This document shows, one piece after another, positions 19,247-28,474 of a stretch of 64,000 nucleotides of DNA. Positions within the stretch are counted from its first letter, which is position 1, and each line of letters starts with the position of its first letter. Origin of the DNA: a virus; IMG/VR virus record IMGVR_UViG_3300036820_000010, positions 20,581 to 84,580 of that record; one strand, written 5' to 3'. The notes under the pieces were generated by a model. That model searched no databases. It had not been told where the DNA came from and saw only the letters and a list, made by a program, of their open reading frames with translations. Position numbers and translations under genes: made by a program.

Positions 19247-19812
19247 CTAGATCCCCTCAACGCTAAGAACTCAGCACGGGCCTCAGGTTCCCTAAGAAAG
19301 TCCCCCCTGACCGCAGAAGTCACTGTCCTAGACCCTGTCGCCTGGATCCCCCTGATGGTCATGCACGCGTGTTCTGCTTCGAGGACGACCATGCAATTTT
19401 TACTTAGGTTCTCCTCGATGCAGTTAGCAACCTGGGTCGTGATTCTTTCCTGCATGGTCAACCGTCTAGAGTAAATATAGACGATGCGAGCCAGTTTCGA
19501 CAACCCGATGACCCGACCTTGGGGAATGTACCCGACATGAGCAACTCCCAAGAAAGGCAGTAAGTGATGTTCACACAAGGAGACTAGAGGAATGTCCTTG
19601 ACCAGGACCATCGAATTGTAGCCATCAGCCTCGAAGTGAGTGAACAGGTCTTTGGGGTTTAGAGAATACCCTCGAGTCATCTCCTGGTACATCTCGATGA
19701 CGCGGCGAGGCGTCTCCTTCAGGCCTTCCCGCGTCGGGTCCTCCTTGATGTACTTGAGGATATCCTCGACAGCACGCAGACCCCCGGGATGAACTTCCCT
19801 ACCCGACACCAT
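19243..19812 (-). CDS. folE: GTP cyclohydrolase I
   Basis: 'REGLKETPRRV', 'SLCEHHLLPF', 'GLSKLAR', 'QERIT', 'HACMTIRG'. Confidence 0.97.
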   Translation of the reverse strand: MVSGREVHPGGLRAVEDILKYIKEDPTREGLKETPRRVIEMYQEMTRGYSLNPKDLFTHFEADGYNSMVLVKDIPLVSLCEHHLLPFLGVAHVGYIPQGRVIGLSKLARIVYIYSRRLTMQERITTQVANCIEENLSKNCMVVLEAEHACMTIRGIQATGSRTVTSAVRGDFLREPEARAEFLALRGSR

Positions 19813-20338
19813 CTTCCTCCCGGTGAATCAGGAACCGCAGGTACCAGAGGGCCTTCTTCAAGTCGTCAACTCCCCCCTTCTTCGACCAACGGGTGACGTA
19901 CTTGACGATGTTGCCTTCCGCGTAAGGCAGGTTGTTGGCCGCTATATACTGAATGGGCTCGATCTCGAACCCGCCTCGGTAGTGCCCACCCTGGTGCGAT
20001 GTCGAGAAGAGTTCAGTCCCCTGCTCCTGACGCAAGGCCTCGAGTTTCTCAGGATTGAGTTCTTCTGGGATCTCGTCATCAGGTAGATCCTGCCTTGCCC
20101 CTGGGTCCCCGGGAATCTTGATCTCACTCAGATCCCTACCTAGAGACTCCAGAACATCTTCATCTGCCTCGGGTTCTGGTCCAGGATAAAAATCAGATTC
20201 TGGGGGAGACGGGTTACGGTTAGCCATTTCAGCAACTATCGAGTTTTGGGGAGTGACGACCATCTTCGATCCCCCGACATTAGACTCAGTTGACTCTGCC
20301 TTGGGTTTCTTGTCGTCAGATGTATTTGTCTTGCTCAC
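19799..20338 (-). CDS. DUF3310 domain protein (T7 gp1.7-like) with acidic N-terminal extension
   Basis: 'GGHY...IEPIQYI...EGNIVKYVTRW..KGGVDDLKKALWYL'. Confidence 0.85.
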   Translation of the reverse strand: MSKTNTSDDKKPKAESTESNVGGSKMVVTPQNSIVAEMANRNPSPPESDFYPGPEPEADEDVLESLGRDLSEIKIPGDPGARQDLPDDEIPEELNPEKLEALRQEQGTELFSTSHQGGHYRGGFEIEPIQYIAANNLPYAEGNIVKYVTRWSKKGGVDDLKKALWYLRFLIHREEDGVG

Positions 20339-20687
20339 TCAAGTCCACCAGTAGATAGTCGTGGATCAGGACGTGGTTCTGGGCCCAAGAATTCTTCTTG
20401 GCTACCTCGCAGACCCTTTGGTGTACTGCTTGGTAGTTCGCCCAGTCGTCAAAAGTCAGATTACCTTTGGTCAAAGCCCAGACTCGAAGAGACTCCATGT
20501 GGCGAAACCCGAGTTTCCGTAGATCTACGCGCAGGCGATTCCATCCACTTCTTTCAGTGTTCAAGCCCATGCCTCGGGCTTCCTTCTCGTACTCCTTCTC
20601 GTTGAGTTCTCGGAAGAACTCCATACTTGGCTGTTTCTCCACCCTACGCCGCCTCCTACGTTCCCCTCGTGTTTCCAAAGATCTCAA
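20316..20687 (-). CDS. Hypothetical protein
   Basis: Co-oriented ORF filling the gap in the operon. Confidence 0.5.
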   Translation of the reverse strand: MRSLETRGERRRRRRVEKQPSMEFFRELNEKEYEKEARGMGLNTERSGWNRLRVDLRKLGFRHMESLRVWALTKGNLTFDDWANYQAVHQRVCEVAKKNSWAQNHVLIHDYLLVDLSEQDKYI

Positions 20688-21375
20688 CCTGCAGACGGGG
20701 GGATAGGTTCCACCCTTCTAAGAGAACCGACTTCGCTACTGCCTGCATATGCTCTTGTAAGGCCTCGACATCGATACCTTCTGGCATGATGTAGACAGGG
20801 TGAAGATCATGCTTGGTCACCAGGTACTTGACCTCGGCCAGATCATCATCAGAAGTGACCACGAACTTCCAACAGGTCTTGTGAGTATCCTGCAGAATAT
20901 CCAAGGCCTCGGGATTGTAACGCTTCGCCTTCTCGTTGCCTGAGTTCTCGAGTTTCGGAGAGCAGTTGAACTGGGTCACCCGCGTGACCAACTCCCGGGT
21001 CGGAGTGATCGTACCTGCTGTCTCGACCTCGACTCGAACCGCAGAAGACAGGGTGTTGAGGTACTCAGCCAAGACCTTCTGCTGCAGGAGAGGCTCACCC
21101 CCAGAGACGACCAACATAGGCACCCTCAAGTTGAAGAGGCCCAAGGTCTTGAACTGAGCAGTGATCTCCTCGAAGGTCATCCGGGTGAGTTCGACCTTAG
21201 GATCGTACTTGACCCCGTTACGTCCTGTCCAGTCCCATGTATAAGGAGTATCACACCAGGAACAGTGCAAGTTGCATGCCCCTAACCTCAAGAAGCAGCA
21301 AACTCTACCTGCGGACGAGCCTTCACCTTGGAAGGTAGGCCCGAACTGTTCACTGACCAAGAGTTCCTCCCTCAT
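20656..21375 (-). CDS. queE: 7-carboxy-7-deazaguanine synthase (radical SAM)
   Basis: 'TFQGEG', 'CNLHCSWCDT', 'SGGEPLLQ', 'VETAGT', 'SPKL'. Confidence 0.97.
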   Translation of the reverse strand: MREELLVSEQFGPTFQGEGSSAGRVCCFLRLGACNLHCSWCDTPYTWDWTGRNGVKYDPKVELTRMTFEEITAQFKTLGLFNLRVPMLVVSGGEPLLQQKVLAEYLNTLSSAVRVEVETAGTITPTRELVTRVTQFNCSPKLENSGNEKAKRYNPEALDILQDTHKTCWKFVVTSDDDLAEVKYLVTKHDLHPVYIMPEGIDVEALQEHMQAVAKSVLLEGWNLSPRLQVEIFGNTRGT

Positions 21376-21378
21376 CTG

Positions 21379-21759
21379 TCAGATCGTGATCTCAACCCAG
21401 GTGTTAGCCGTCTCCGAGACAGCAACCTGGACTATTCCCCACTCAGAATCTGGATACTCGGTGCGCACAGTGTCCTGGAGTTGAGTCAGAATCCACTGAC
21501 CAATGCGTTCTGCCGTCGGAACCTGGATGAAGGCGTTGAGGTCCTGGTGATCGAACTTATGCAAGACCGGGTGCATGATCGAAGTCAGAGTAGCAAAGTC
21601 GACAACCATCCCCTCCTCGGACTGGCCTTGAGAGGGTTGGACTGGACCCTCAACTGTCACCCGAACTCGGTAGGAGTGACCATGGGGGCGGCGACATTTT
21701 CCCTCATGGTTAGGTAGATGGTGAGCAGCCTCAAACCCGTACTCCTTCGAAATCCTCAT
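21379..21759 (-). CDS. queD: 6-carboxy-5,6,7,8-tetrahydropterin synthase
   Basis: 'FEAAHHL', 'CRRPHGHSY', 'GMVVDF', 'DHQDLN', 'PTAE'. Confidence 0.97.
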   Translation of the reverse strand: MRISKEYGFEAAHHLPNHEGKCRRPHGHSYRVRVTVEGPVQPSQGQSEEGMVVDFATLTSIMHPVLHKFDHQDLNAFIQVPTAERIGQWILTQLQDTVRTEYPDSEWGIVQVAVSETANTWVEITI

Positions 21760-21769
21760 GTGCTCCACC

Positions 21770-22210
21770 TCACAGGATCTCCAGTTGAGCAGGATAGGCA
21801 GCAACCGACGTGATCTCGATCCCACCTCGACGCTTCTGGGTCACCTCAACTCGAATCGCCCGTGGGTGCAACTCGAGTTTGATCGTGCGCAGGATAATTG
21901 CTGGAAGAGCCTCACAAAAGACTCCCTGGGTGCGGAACGACTCCAGATAGAGTTTAAGACTCTTACTCTCTAGAATATGATCTGCAGGCCGGTAGCGAAT
22001 CGTGACCCGGTACATGTCAGGCTGCAGAGTAACCGGACAGATCGCGGTCACCTCGTCCGACTGCATCTCGACCATCGAGGGTCGATCGTCCTCTGGGATC
22101 TGGATCGCGTCTAGGCGGGTGAACTTCCTGCCTCGATGACCCAGGTATAGGCGGCTTGAGTCAGGTTCCCCTGCCTCCGTCTCAGAACTTGCCTTCTCGG
22201 TTTCGTTCAT
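21770..22210 (-). CDS. queF: preQ0 reductase (unimodular QueF)
   Basis: 'CPVTLQPD', QueF motif 'ESKSLKLYL', 'RGGI'. Confidence 0.9.
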   Translation of the reverse strand: MNETEKASSETEAGEPDSSRLYLGHRGRKFTRLDAIQIPEDDRPSMVEMQSDEVTAICPVTLQPDMYRVTIRYRPADHILESKSLKLYLESFRTQGVFCEALPAIILRTIKLELHPRAIRVEVTQKRRGGIEITSVAAYPAQLEIL

Positions 22211-22466
22211 CTACCTTTTCTTCTATTAGCTTGAGAACTTCTTCGACCGCGACGATAGTATAGATCTTGTTCAGGAGATCCTCAGGAATCCTCCTGAAGA
22301 AGTACAACCAACGCTCCCTCTCCTGGACTATTCCCAACTCTAGTCCAGAAGAGAACCCCTCCTCGTAACCGGAACTTCTATACCCACTAGAATCCATGAC
22401 CCACTCGGGCCCAGGTAGGCCTGAGTTAGTCACCTCGAAGTTCCAACCGAGTCTCCTCTTCCCCAT
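22182..22466 (-). CDS. Hypothetical protein
   Basis: Co-oriented ORF. Confidence 0.5.
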   Translation of the reverse strand: MGKRRLGWNFEVTNSGLPGPEWVMDSSGYRSSGYEEGFSSGLELGIVQERERWLYFFRRIPEDLLNKIYTIVAVEEVLKLIEEKVDERNREGKF

Positions 22467-22474
22467 GTCGGGAC

Positions 22475-22960
22475 CTACTTGAACGACCGCCTGACCTGCT
22501 GATTCCCCTTGAACGGGGAGGCAGCATCACCTCCCGCAGGAACTGCCTCCGCGACCTGAGGCGTTTCTCCAACCGGGACCAAATCCTCGACCCGAGAGGT
22601 CATCCGCCCCTGGTACTTCTCGTTGCGGACCGAGGCAACCGCAGGCAACCCATCGAAGGACGGATCAAGGAGCATCCCTGTCCCATCGTCGAAGTCGAGG
22701 TCCAACGACTGCGCCTCGATCCCGAAGTTCTGGAAGACTGCCTGCAACCGGAACAGGGCCTTAGGCGAGAAGGAAGTCATCATGTACAGGGTTCGGCCTT
22801 CGAACTCACCTGACACGATGGTCAACTTCCAGTTGAGGTAAGGAAATTCAGACCCCTCCGACTGCCTCTGCTCGACCGAGTCGATCAGGACCTCGTACTT
22901 GCCGGGTTTGACCGGGGTCTGAACCTCGACACCAGAGAAATCGAGAGTATACTTAGACAC
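22475..22960 (-). CDS. DUF669-like phage single-stranded DNA-binding protein
   Basis: 'LDFSGVE...VKPGKYEV', 'YLNWKLTI..GEFEGRTL'; downstream of the Sak4-like gene; GTG start with GGAGG RBS. Confidence 0.75.
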   Translation of the reverse strand: MSKYTLDFSGVEVQTPVKPGKYEVLIDSVEQRQSEGSEFPYLNWKLTIVSGEFEGRTLYMMTSFSPKALFRLQAVFQNFGIEAQSLDLDFDDGTGMLLDPSFDGLPAVASVRNEKYQGRMTSRVEDLVPVGETPQVAEAVPAGGDAASPFKGNQQVRRSFK

Positions 22961-23162
22961 TGGCTTTCGCCTCCTCGTGAGCCGGGAGCAACAGAAGATT
23001 GCCCCGTGGGTACTGCGCCGACTTGAGTCTGAAGACCCAGTACTGGGCCATGACGTCCCCATACTGCACTCCTCCAAACTCCCCCGGCGGGTTCTTGGCC
23101 ACCGCAATCTGCTCGATGGCGAGGGAGTTGACCATTTTCTCCCAGGTTACCCGAGACAACAT
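22953..23162 (-). CDS. Hypothetical protein
   Basis: Coupled ORF between the Sak4-like and SSB genes. Confidence 0.5.
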   Translation of the reverse strand: MLSRVTWEKMVNSLAIEQIAVAKNPPGEFGGVQYGDVMAQYWVFRLKSAQYPRGNLLLLPAHEEAKASV

Positions 23163-24016
23163 CAGGCCTTGACCTTCTGCTTCTTGAGGACTTCATCGGC
23201 GAGGGCACCTGCCTCTTGGGGAGTCATCTTCTCGATGGGTTGGACAGCATCACCATCTTCTGCGCGGACAGCCGGAGTCTCCGCGGGCGGGCCCCCAGGG
23301 AAGTGTAGAACGTCGAGCAACTTGGTCACCGTCGGATCATCCAAGTACTCTGGGATCACATCTCCCCAACGGGTCCGTGCCTTGACTCGGAACTGCGAGA
23401 ACCCGGACAGGAGAAGAGACCTAGTCTCTTGCATGGTCCCATCAGACCCTCGTTCCTGAGAGATAGCGAAGTACCCCGCGACATCGAACAGCCCAGGAAG
23501 TTCCTCGGCCAACTGCCCTGCGAGAGCAGGAACCTTAACTGCTCCTACTCTCGGTTCGACGACTTCTTTAGACAAAGAAGTCATGAAGACGTGCATCGGA
23601 AGGTCACGGAAGGACCTGACGAAGCGCCTCATCTGGACAGTTGCCTTACCGTAGTCCTGCTGCTGCAGAGCGTTCGGGTCGTTGCGTCTCGCCTGCTCCC
23701 CTTCTAGGATGTCGAGGAGGGTGAAGATGTGAGTTTCTGATAGAGAGTCGATGCAGATCGATTGGTAGGGAAGATTCGATCGCGGCGACTCGAGCTCAGA
23801 ATAGACTTGAGAGTACGTATCCCAATCCCGAATCTCGACCATGTCGATGTCGAGACCAGCGAGAGTTTGAGATCCCCCCTCAAAGTCCAAGAACAAGACG
23901 GGAGACGTCCTCGGATCGAGTTGAGCAGTACCTAAGAAATGGGTCTTGCCTGCTCCTGCGGGCCCAAAGATCAACGCCTTCAAGAAGCGCCCCTGGTCGG
24001 GTTTGATTATCTTCAA
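23162..24016 (-). CDS. Sak4-like (AAA_24) ssDNA-annealing ATPase
   Basis: 'LIFGPAGAGKT', 'FLDFEGG', 'ICIDSLSE', 'QDYG'. Confidence 0.85.
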   Translation of the reverse strand: MKIIKPDQGRFLKALIFGPAGAGKTHFLGTAQLDPRTSPVLFLDFEGGSQTLAGLDIDMVEIRDWDTYSQVYSELESPRSNLPYQSICIDSLSETHIFTLLDILEGEQARRNDPNALQQQDYGKATVQMRRFVRSFRDLPMHVFMTSLSKEVVEPRVGAVKVPALAGQLAEELPGLFDVAGYFAISQERGSDGTMQETRSLLLSGFSQFRVKARTRWGDVIPEYLDDPTVTKLLDVLHFPGGPPAETPAVRAEDGDAVQPIEKMTPQEAGALADEVLKKQKVKA

Positions 24017-24077
24017 GTCTTGGATCTCCAGACTTACGAATGAACGAAGGGACGGGCCTCAATCATTATAGATGGAG

Positions 24078-25115
24078 TTACCATCTCCTGTCAGGGTTGA
24101 TCTTGAAGTTCGCCCCAAGTAAGTGCTGATGGTCGGACCCGTCTTCCATCGCCTGGCAAACCTGCAAGAAATCACACCTGGGACAGTGCAAAGCAGACGG
24201 GGAAGGATACGCCTTCTCTGGATACTTAGAAATATCCAACATGTCCTTGAAGACATAGAAGAGATGTTCTTCATAAGCCTTGATTTGAGCGAGGTTGCGA
24301 GACGTAACTTCTCTGTGGAAGAAGGGATCCCACCCACGAGTCTTGAGAGCGTTCAGGGCCTGGATATGCTTGCTCGATCGAGTCAAGTCGAGTTCGACCA
24401 TCTTCGAGTAGTACCACCCGTGCAAGGTGAGTTGATCCTTGGCTGTCGAGAGAGACCCGTCTTTCAGGAGGCGGGGGAGGTTCGGGACCTTCTTCAAGAG
24501 TGTCTCGTAGACCACACCCTTGAACAGTTCCCCAGTCAGGCGCCAGAAGGAGTAGTAGTACCCAGTCACCTGGTCGTCGAGGTCTAGGCCTCGGCCTTGG
24601 GTCCAAACTTGCGCCCCTGTCTTGTAGTCGACCAGGTACAAGTCTGAACCTTCAGAAGCAATCCGGTCCATCCTCGCCGTCAACCTAGGTCTTGACTTGA
24701 GAGTTGCTCTCCCCGTCGAGGTTCTGATCGGGACCCACACTCTCCGTTCCAAAGAAACCGTCCTGAGTTGCAACGAGGTCCCCCGGTCGAAGGCAGCGTA
24801 GTTGCGCAACATCTCGACACCAAGCGGTTTGTAGGCGTAGATGTCGTTCTCTACCCACCCCCACAGGCCCCCATACTCCTGCTGCAAGTCGACGATCGAC
24901 GAATCAAACTCCTTCTCGAACTCGTCGATCGTGGCTTGCATCGAGTAGGATCGCCCGTACTCCTCTAACGCATGGTGGATCAAGGTCCCGAACCACAGAC
25001 GGTCATCCGGTTTCTTGAGTTGGTATCCAAGATAAGAACCTAGATACCACTGGCGCCTGCACTCCTTGAACTGACCGACTTCGGTCACCGAAACTTCATC
25101 AAGAGACCTTGGCAT
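24078..25115 (-). CDS. Cas4/RecB-like PD-(D/E)xK exonuclease with Fe-S cysteines
   Basis: 'ECRRQWY', 'FGTLIHHALE', 'ARMD...LVDYKT', 'Q...Y', 'HCPRCDFLQVC'. Confidence 0.85.
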   Translation of the reverse strand: MPRSLDEVSVTEVGQFKECRRQWYLGSYLGYQLKKPDDRLWFGTLIHHALEEYGRSYSMQATIDEFEKEFDSSIVDLQQEYGGLWGWVENDIYAYKPLGVEMLRNYAAFDRGTSLQLRTVSLERRVWVPIRTSTGRATLKSRPRLTARMDRIASEGSDLYLVDYKTGAQVWTQGRGLDLDDQVTGYYYSFWRLTGELFKGVVYETLLKKVPNLPRLLKDGSLSTAKDQLTLHGWYYSKMVELDLTRSSKHIQALNALKTRGWDPFFHREVTSRNLAQIKAYEEHLFYVFKDMLDISKYPEKAYPSPSALHCPRCDFLQVCQAMEDGSDHQHLLGANFKINPDRRW

Positions 25116-25533
25116 CTTCTAGGCCTGGAAACTCATCCTTGAGTTTCTTGACGATGAAGTAGAGTCCGATGCAGGCAGCATCCCTCTCATGAGAACTCTT
25201 GAAGTGGTGTTGAGGAAACAGGCCTCTCAACCAACGAGTCTGGAAGTACGGTTTCCAATCTGCGGGTTTGATCATAGTTGCTGCAGGAAAGACCCCCCTG
25301 AGGGCTGCCTCGATGGCCAGGAGTTCCCGTCCGAGTTTGCCCATTCCTCCATGAGCAGCCGTCATCTCTAAGATGACAAACTTCTGCTGCATCGGGAGGT
25401 CTAGATAAATCTGGGGCTCCTTCCTAGATTCAGTCCTGAGGAGTCTCCACTCTTGGCCTAGAACAGTGTTCTTCTGCTCGAAGATCGCCCAACCAGACGT
25501 GATCCCGACGTCAATGGCTAGGAGTCTCGACAC
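25099..25533 (-). CDS. RuvC-like Holliday junction resolvase
   Basis: 'LLAIDVGITSGWA', 'VILE', 'PADWK', 'HERDA'. Confidence 0.75.
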   Translation of the reverse strand: MSRLLAIDVGITSGWAIFEQKNTVLGQEWRLLRTESRKEPQIYLDLPMQQKFVILEMTAAHGGMGKLGRELLAIEAALRGVFPAATMIKPADWKPYFQTRWLRGLFPQHHFKSSHERDAACIGLYFIVKKLKDEFPGLEDAKVS

Positions 25534-25909
25534 CGAACTTCTCCCGGTTGACAGGTTCACCGTTGAGGGTATAGACGAGGAACAGGCCTCCCTTGCAGTG
25601 ACAAGGGGAGAACATGGACTTGTCCTCGGTGTAAGCAACGGTCTCGCACCCGCAGTCAAAGCACTTCATGACTGCGTTGCAAGGAGTAGGAGCCTCAGAT
25701 CCCGGGGATGACCCCTCAGTTGTGATCCCGACCACTCCATCGTCAGGTAGAGATAAGACCATGATCAAGGCCTGCCTCATCTTAGAACCCATGTTCAGGA
25801 TACGAACTGCCTGATCTTCTCCTGGATGCTCCTCGTCTAGAAAAATCAGGTTCTTCTTACCCGCAGTAGTCTCAACCCAGATGTATCCGTTCCTATCTAA
25901 ATCAATCAT
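25511..25909 (-). CDS. Hypothetical protein with C-terminal Zn-finger-like cysteines
   Basis: 'CFDC...CHC'; ATGA-coupled. Confidence 0.5.
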   Translation of the reverse strand: MIDLDRNGYIWVETTAGKKNLIFLDEEHPGEDQAVRILNMGSKMRQALIMVLSLPDDGVVGITTEGSSPGSEAPTPCNAVMKCFDCGCETVAYTEDKSMFSPCHCKGGLFLVYTLNGEPVNREKFGVETPSH

Positions 25910-27609
25910 GGGACTCCTGTCAAATTTCTCAGAATAGACGCTAGGTCAGCATTCGAGATCTTCGAGATCGAAGGCAACTTTCCGGCTAGGTTACTCTCGA
26001 CTAAATCATCAATCGTGTTCATCGCCTTGAGGGTGATGATCAAGGGAGAATGCTTCAGTCCGATTCTCAACACCCGGTGCAACGACTGCACATAGTCGTC
26101 AGCCGCCCAGGTCTTGTCCAAATAGACCATGGTCCTGGTGTTCTGCAAGTTTTGCCCGAAGCGCCCAACTGGGATCGACAGGATCAAGATGTCTGTCTCA
26201 CCTGCCTTGTAGCGGGCGAGTTTCTCCTCGTTCTCACGAGACCCCTTGTCTGAAGTCGCTCCGTGTACCCAGTCTACCCGCAGGGACATCCCTTTCCAGC
26301 CTAGCTTGGTCGCAACGTCGGACTGAAGAAGACGCTCCTTCAAGGCCCCGGCTGACGGAAGCCAATTCGTCCAGATGACACAAGGAAAGTCGAAACTGCG
26401 AGCAGTGATCATGTCCACGATCGCGTCCGCCTTGCAAGACGAGTGCTCTCCCCCGATGTTGATCGTGTCAGTAGTAATCTGCTGCAAGCGGATGAGCTGA
26501 GCCAGGACAGTCGAGGCTTGGACCTTGACCCCGTTGTCCAAGGTAGCCGTGAACTTGGTCAACATGTCTGAGTACGCGTCTAACTGCTTGCGAGTCAGAG
26601 TAACCTCGACCAACTGCGGGATCGCCTGTGGGAGTTGGGAGTACACCTCTGCCTGATTCCTAACAAACATCAGGTCTGAGAAATCAGCATTCAAGTCTCG
26701 GTCCTCCCTCGACCCCTCGATCACGGTCCCCCAGATGCCTTGGTCAACCCAGGTGTAGCGATTCGCAAACCTCCAGAAGGAGCGCAAACCCCCAGGTTCA
26801 CACAGGTGCAGTTGCGTCCACAGGTCGTCAGCATATCTGGTCGAAGGAGACCCCGTCAGTTCCCACCATCTGTCAGCAAAAGGCCTGAGTTTCAGAAGAG
26901 ACTTGAACCTGCGTGTCTGGCGATTCTTGACCAAAACCGACTCATCGACGATGACCAGATCCCAATGCCGCAGGAAAGTATCTAAACGTTTTCCGACGAC
27001 AGTGTCCCAGTTGGTCACGTACCAGCCTTCTTCTAAGGGAGGATCCTTCTCTAGACGAACCAAACGAGTATCAGGAGCAAACCACTTCTGTTCCTCGGTT
27101 ACCCACTGGGAGACTAGATCCTTAATCGTGAAGACCAGTACTGACTTGAGACGAAGGCGCCTACCCGACAGGAGCGAGACGAGAGTCTTGCCTAGACCAG
27201 GACTCAAGACCAACATCTGACCTGGCTTGGGATCCTGCACCAACCTGTCCGAAGCCTCCTTCTGGAAGTCGTACAGACGGGAGTAAACTGCACGGAGAGA
27301 CGCGATCTCTCCGGTAGACCCCATCTTCTCGACATCTTGTGCAGGGGTATAGATTTTCGTGGAGAGACGACGTCTCGCTGCGTCAGTGACTTCCATCCGG
27401 GGAAAAATCTCTAGGGCAGTCAATGCGTAAACCTGCAGGTCTGGCATCGTGTACTCACCACGAGACTTGTTCCAGGTCACCTGCAACCTGTCCCGAATCA
27501 ATTTGGGAGTTGTCGCAGGTGGACGGAACCGAAAGAGTTTCCCGTCATGGTCAAGGCGCCCGGTGAAGGGGAGGGTGGGCACTTTGCCCACCCCAGGTGC
27601 TACCCCCAC
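25906..27609 (-). CDS. SNF2-family helicase
   Basis: 'LYDFQ', 'PGLGKT', 'IVDES', 'LTGSP', 'GQNLQ', 'QSLHRVLRIG'. Confidence 0.9.
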   Translation of the reverse strand: MGVAPGVGKVPTLPFTGRLDHDGKLFRFRPPATTPKLIRDRLQVTWNKSRGEYTMPDLQVYALTALEIFPRMEVTDAARRRLSTKIYTPAQDVEKMGSTGEIASLRAVYSRLYDFQKEASDRLVQDPKPGQMLVLSPGLGKTLVSLLSGRRLRLKSVLVFTIKDLVSQWVTEEQKWFAPDTRLVRLEKDPPLEEGWYVTNWDTVVGKRLDTFLRHWDLVIVDESVLVKNRQTRRFKSLLKLRPFADRWWELTGSPSTRYADDLWTQLHLCEPGGLRSFWRFANRYTWVDQGIWGTVIEGSREDRDLNADFSDLMFVRNQAEVYSQLPQAIPQLVEVTLTRKQLDAYSDMLTKFTATLDNGVKVQASTVLAQLIRLQQITTDTINIGGEHSSCKADAIVDMITARSFDFPCVIWTNWLPSAGALKERLLQSDVATKLGWKGMSLRVDWVHGATSDKGSRENEEKLARYKAGETDILILSIPVGRFGQNLQNTRTMVYLDKTWAADDYVQSLHRVLRIGLKHSPLIITLKAMNTIDDLVESNLAGKLPSISKISNADLASILRNLTGVP

Positions 27610-28157
27610 TACGCAGAGTCAATCTTACGGTAGTGGGTGTCGAGACGATACCCAACCGGCTGTTCCTCTGTCCGCCTCCCAAACGGGGACACCCCAACTG
27701 AGTGCGAGCAGTGGGGGCAACGAATCCTCTTCTTGCGATAGTCCCAAGGGTTCCTGTCCCTCAGGACTGCTCCGTGCAGGATCTCAAGGCTTTCCTCCTC
27801 GACATCGAGGCCTGATCCCTCACACTTGACATGGTTCGGGTGCTCGCGCAGGAACTTCCCCCGAGCAGGATTGTCCTCGTCTATCTCTTCCGACTCGGAC
27901 TCGTCCTCACCCCCGTCAGACTCTGACTCTCCTTCGTCGAGGTCGACTTCAGTCTCATCGTCGACCAGGTCGGAGTCCTCCCCGTCTTCGGTTTCAGGAT
28001 CTAGGTCGTCGTCACGCTCTTCTGCCATCGAGTCCTCCTCAGAAGTTTGATCTCCCGGAGGAACTATGGCCGGGGCGGCCGCTATCTCCTCTACTCGCGC
28101 CCGTCGCCTTTCTTCTGCCCTTCTCGCCTTCTCCTCCGGGGACAGTGCTTTTGTCAT
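27609..28157 (-). CDS. Highly acidic protein with C-terminal Zn ribbon
   Basis: ~50-aa D/E tract; 'CEGSG...CPHC...H'. Confidence 0.6.
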   Translation of the reverse strand: MTKALSPEEKARRAEERRRARVEEIAAAPAIVPPGDQTSEEDSMAEERDDDLDPETEDGEDSDLVDDETEVDLDEGESESDGGEDESESEEIDEDNPARGKFLREHPNHVKCEGSGLDVEEESLEILHGAVLRDRNPWDYRKKRIRCPHCSHSVGVSPFGRRTEEQPVGYRLDTHYRKIDSA

Positions 28158-28474
28158 CCTAACAGCTCCTGACTGTTTACTTGACGGGAATCCTCGAGGC
28201 GTTTCTGTTCCTCAACTGCGATTCGACGCAGGTCCTCGAACACCACCTCAAGTTCAAGTTCTAGGTCCATATACTTGTGGGCGACTGCTTTCGGGGACAA
28301 CTCCATCACGGACATCCACTTCTGGATCGTCCCCCGTGACAAGTCGAGTTGGTCTCCTACCTCCTGGTAAGTCAAACCCCGCTCCCAGTACAAACGCCTC
28401 AACACCCACTCGATTGGGCCTCGACGTCTCTCAACCTCCAGCATGGCTTGGGTCTTCGGGTACTCGGGCATCAC
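28154..28474 (-). CDS. HTH DNA-binding protein
   Basis: 'LYWERGLTYQEVGDQLDLSRGTIQKWM'. Confidence 0.75.
   Translation of the reverse strand: MMPEYPKTQAMLEVERRRGPIEWVLRRLYWERGLTYQEVGDQLDLSRGTIQKWMSVMELSPKAVAHKYMDLELELEVVFEDLRRIAVEEQKRLEDSRQVNSQELLG

Noticed and set aside
21770-22210. QueF-like amidinotransferase (archaeosine pathway)
   Set aside because: The NADPH-associated QueF motif ESKSLKLYL is intact and no Gat-QueC or ArcS is seen, so preQ1 is more likely
24078-25115. Cas4-like gene as part of a CRISPR-Cas system
   Set aside because: It sits in a Sak4/SSB/RuvC recombination module, typical of stand-alone phage exonucleases
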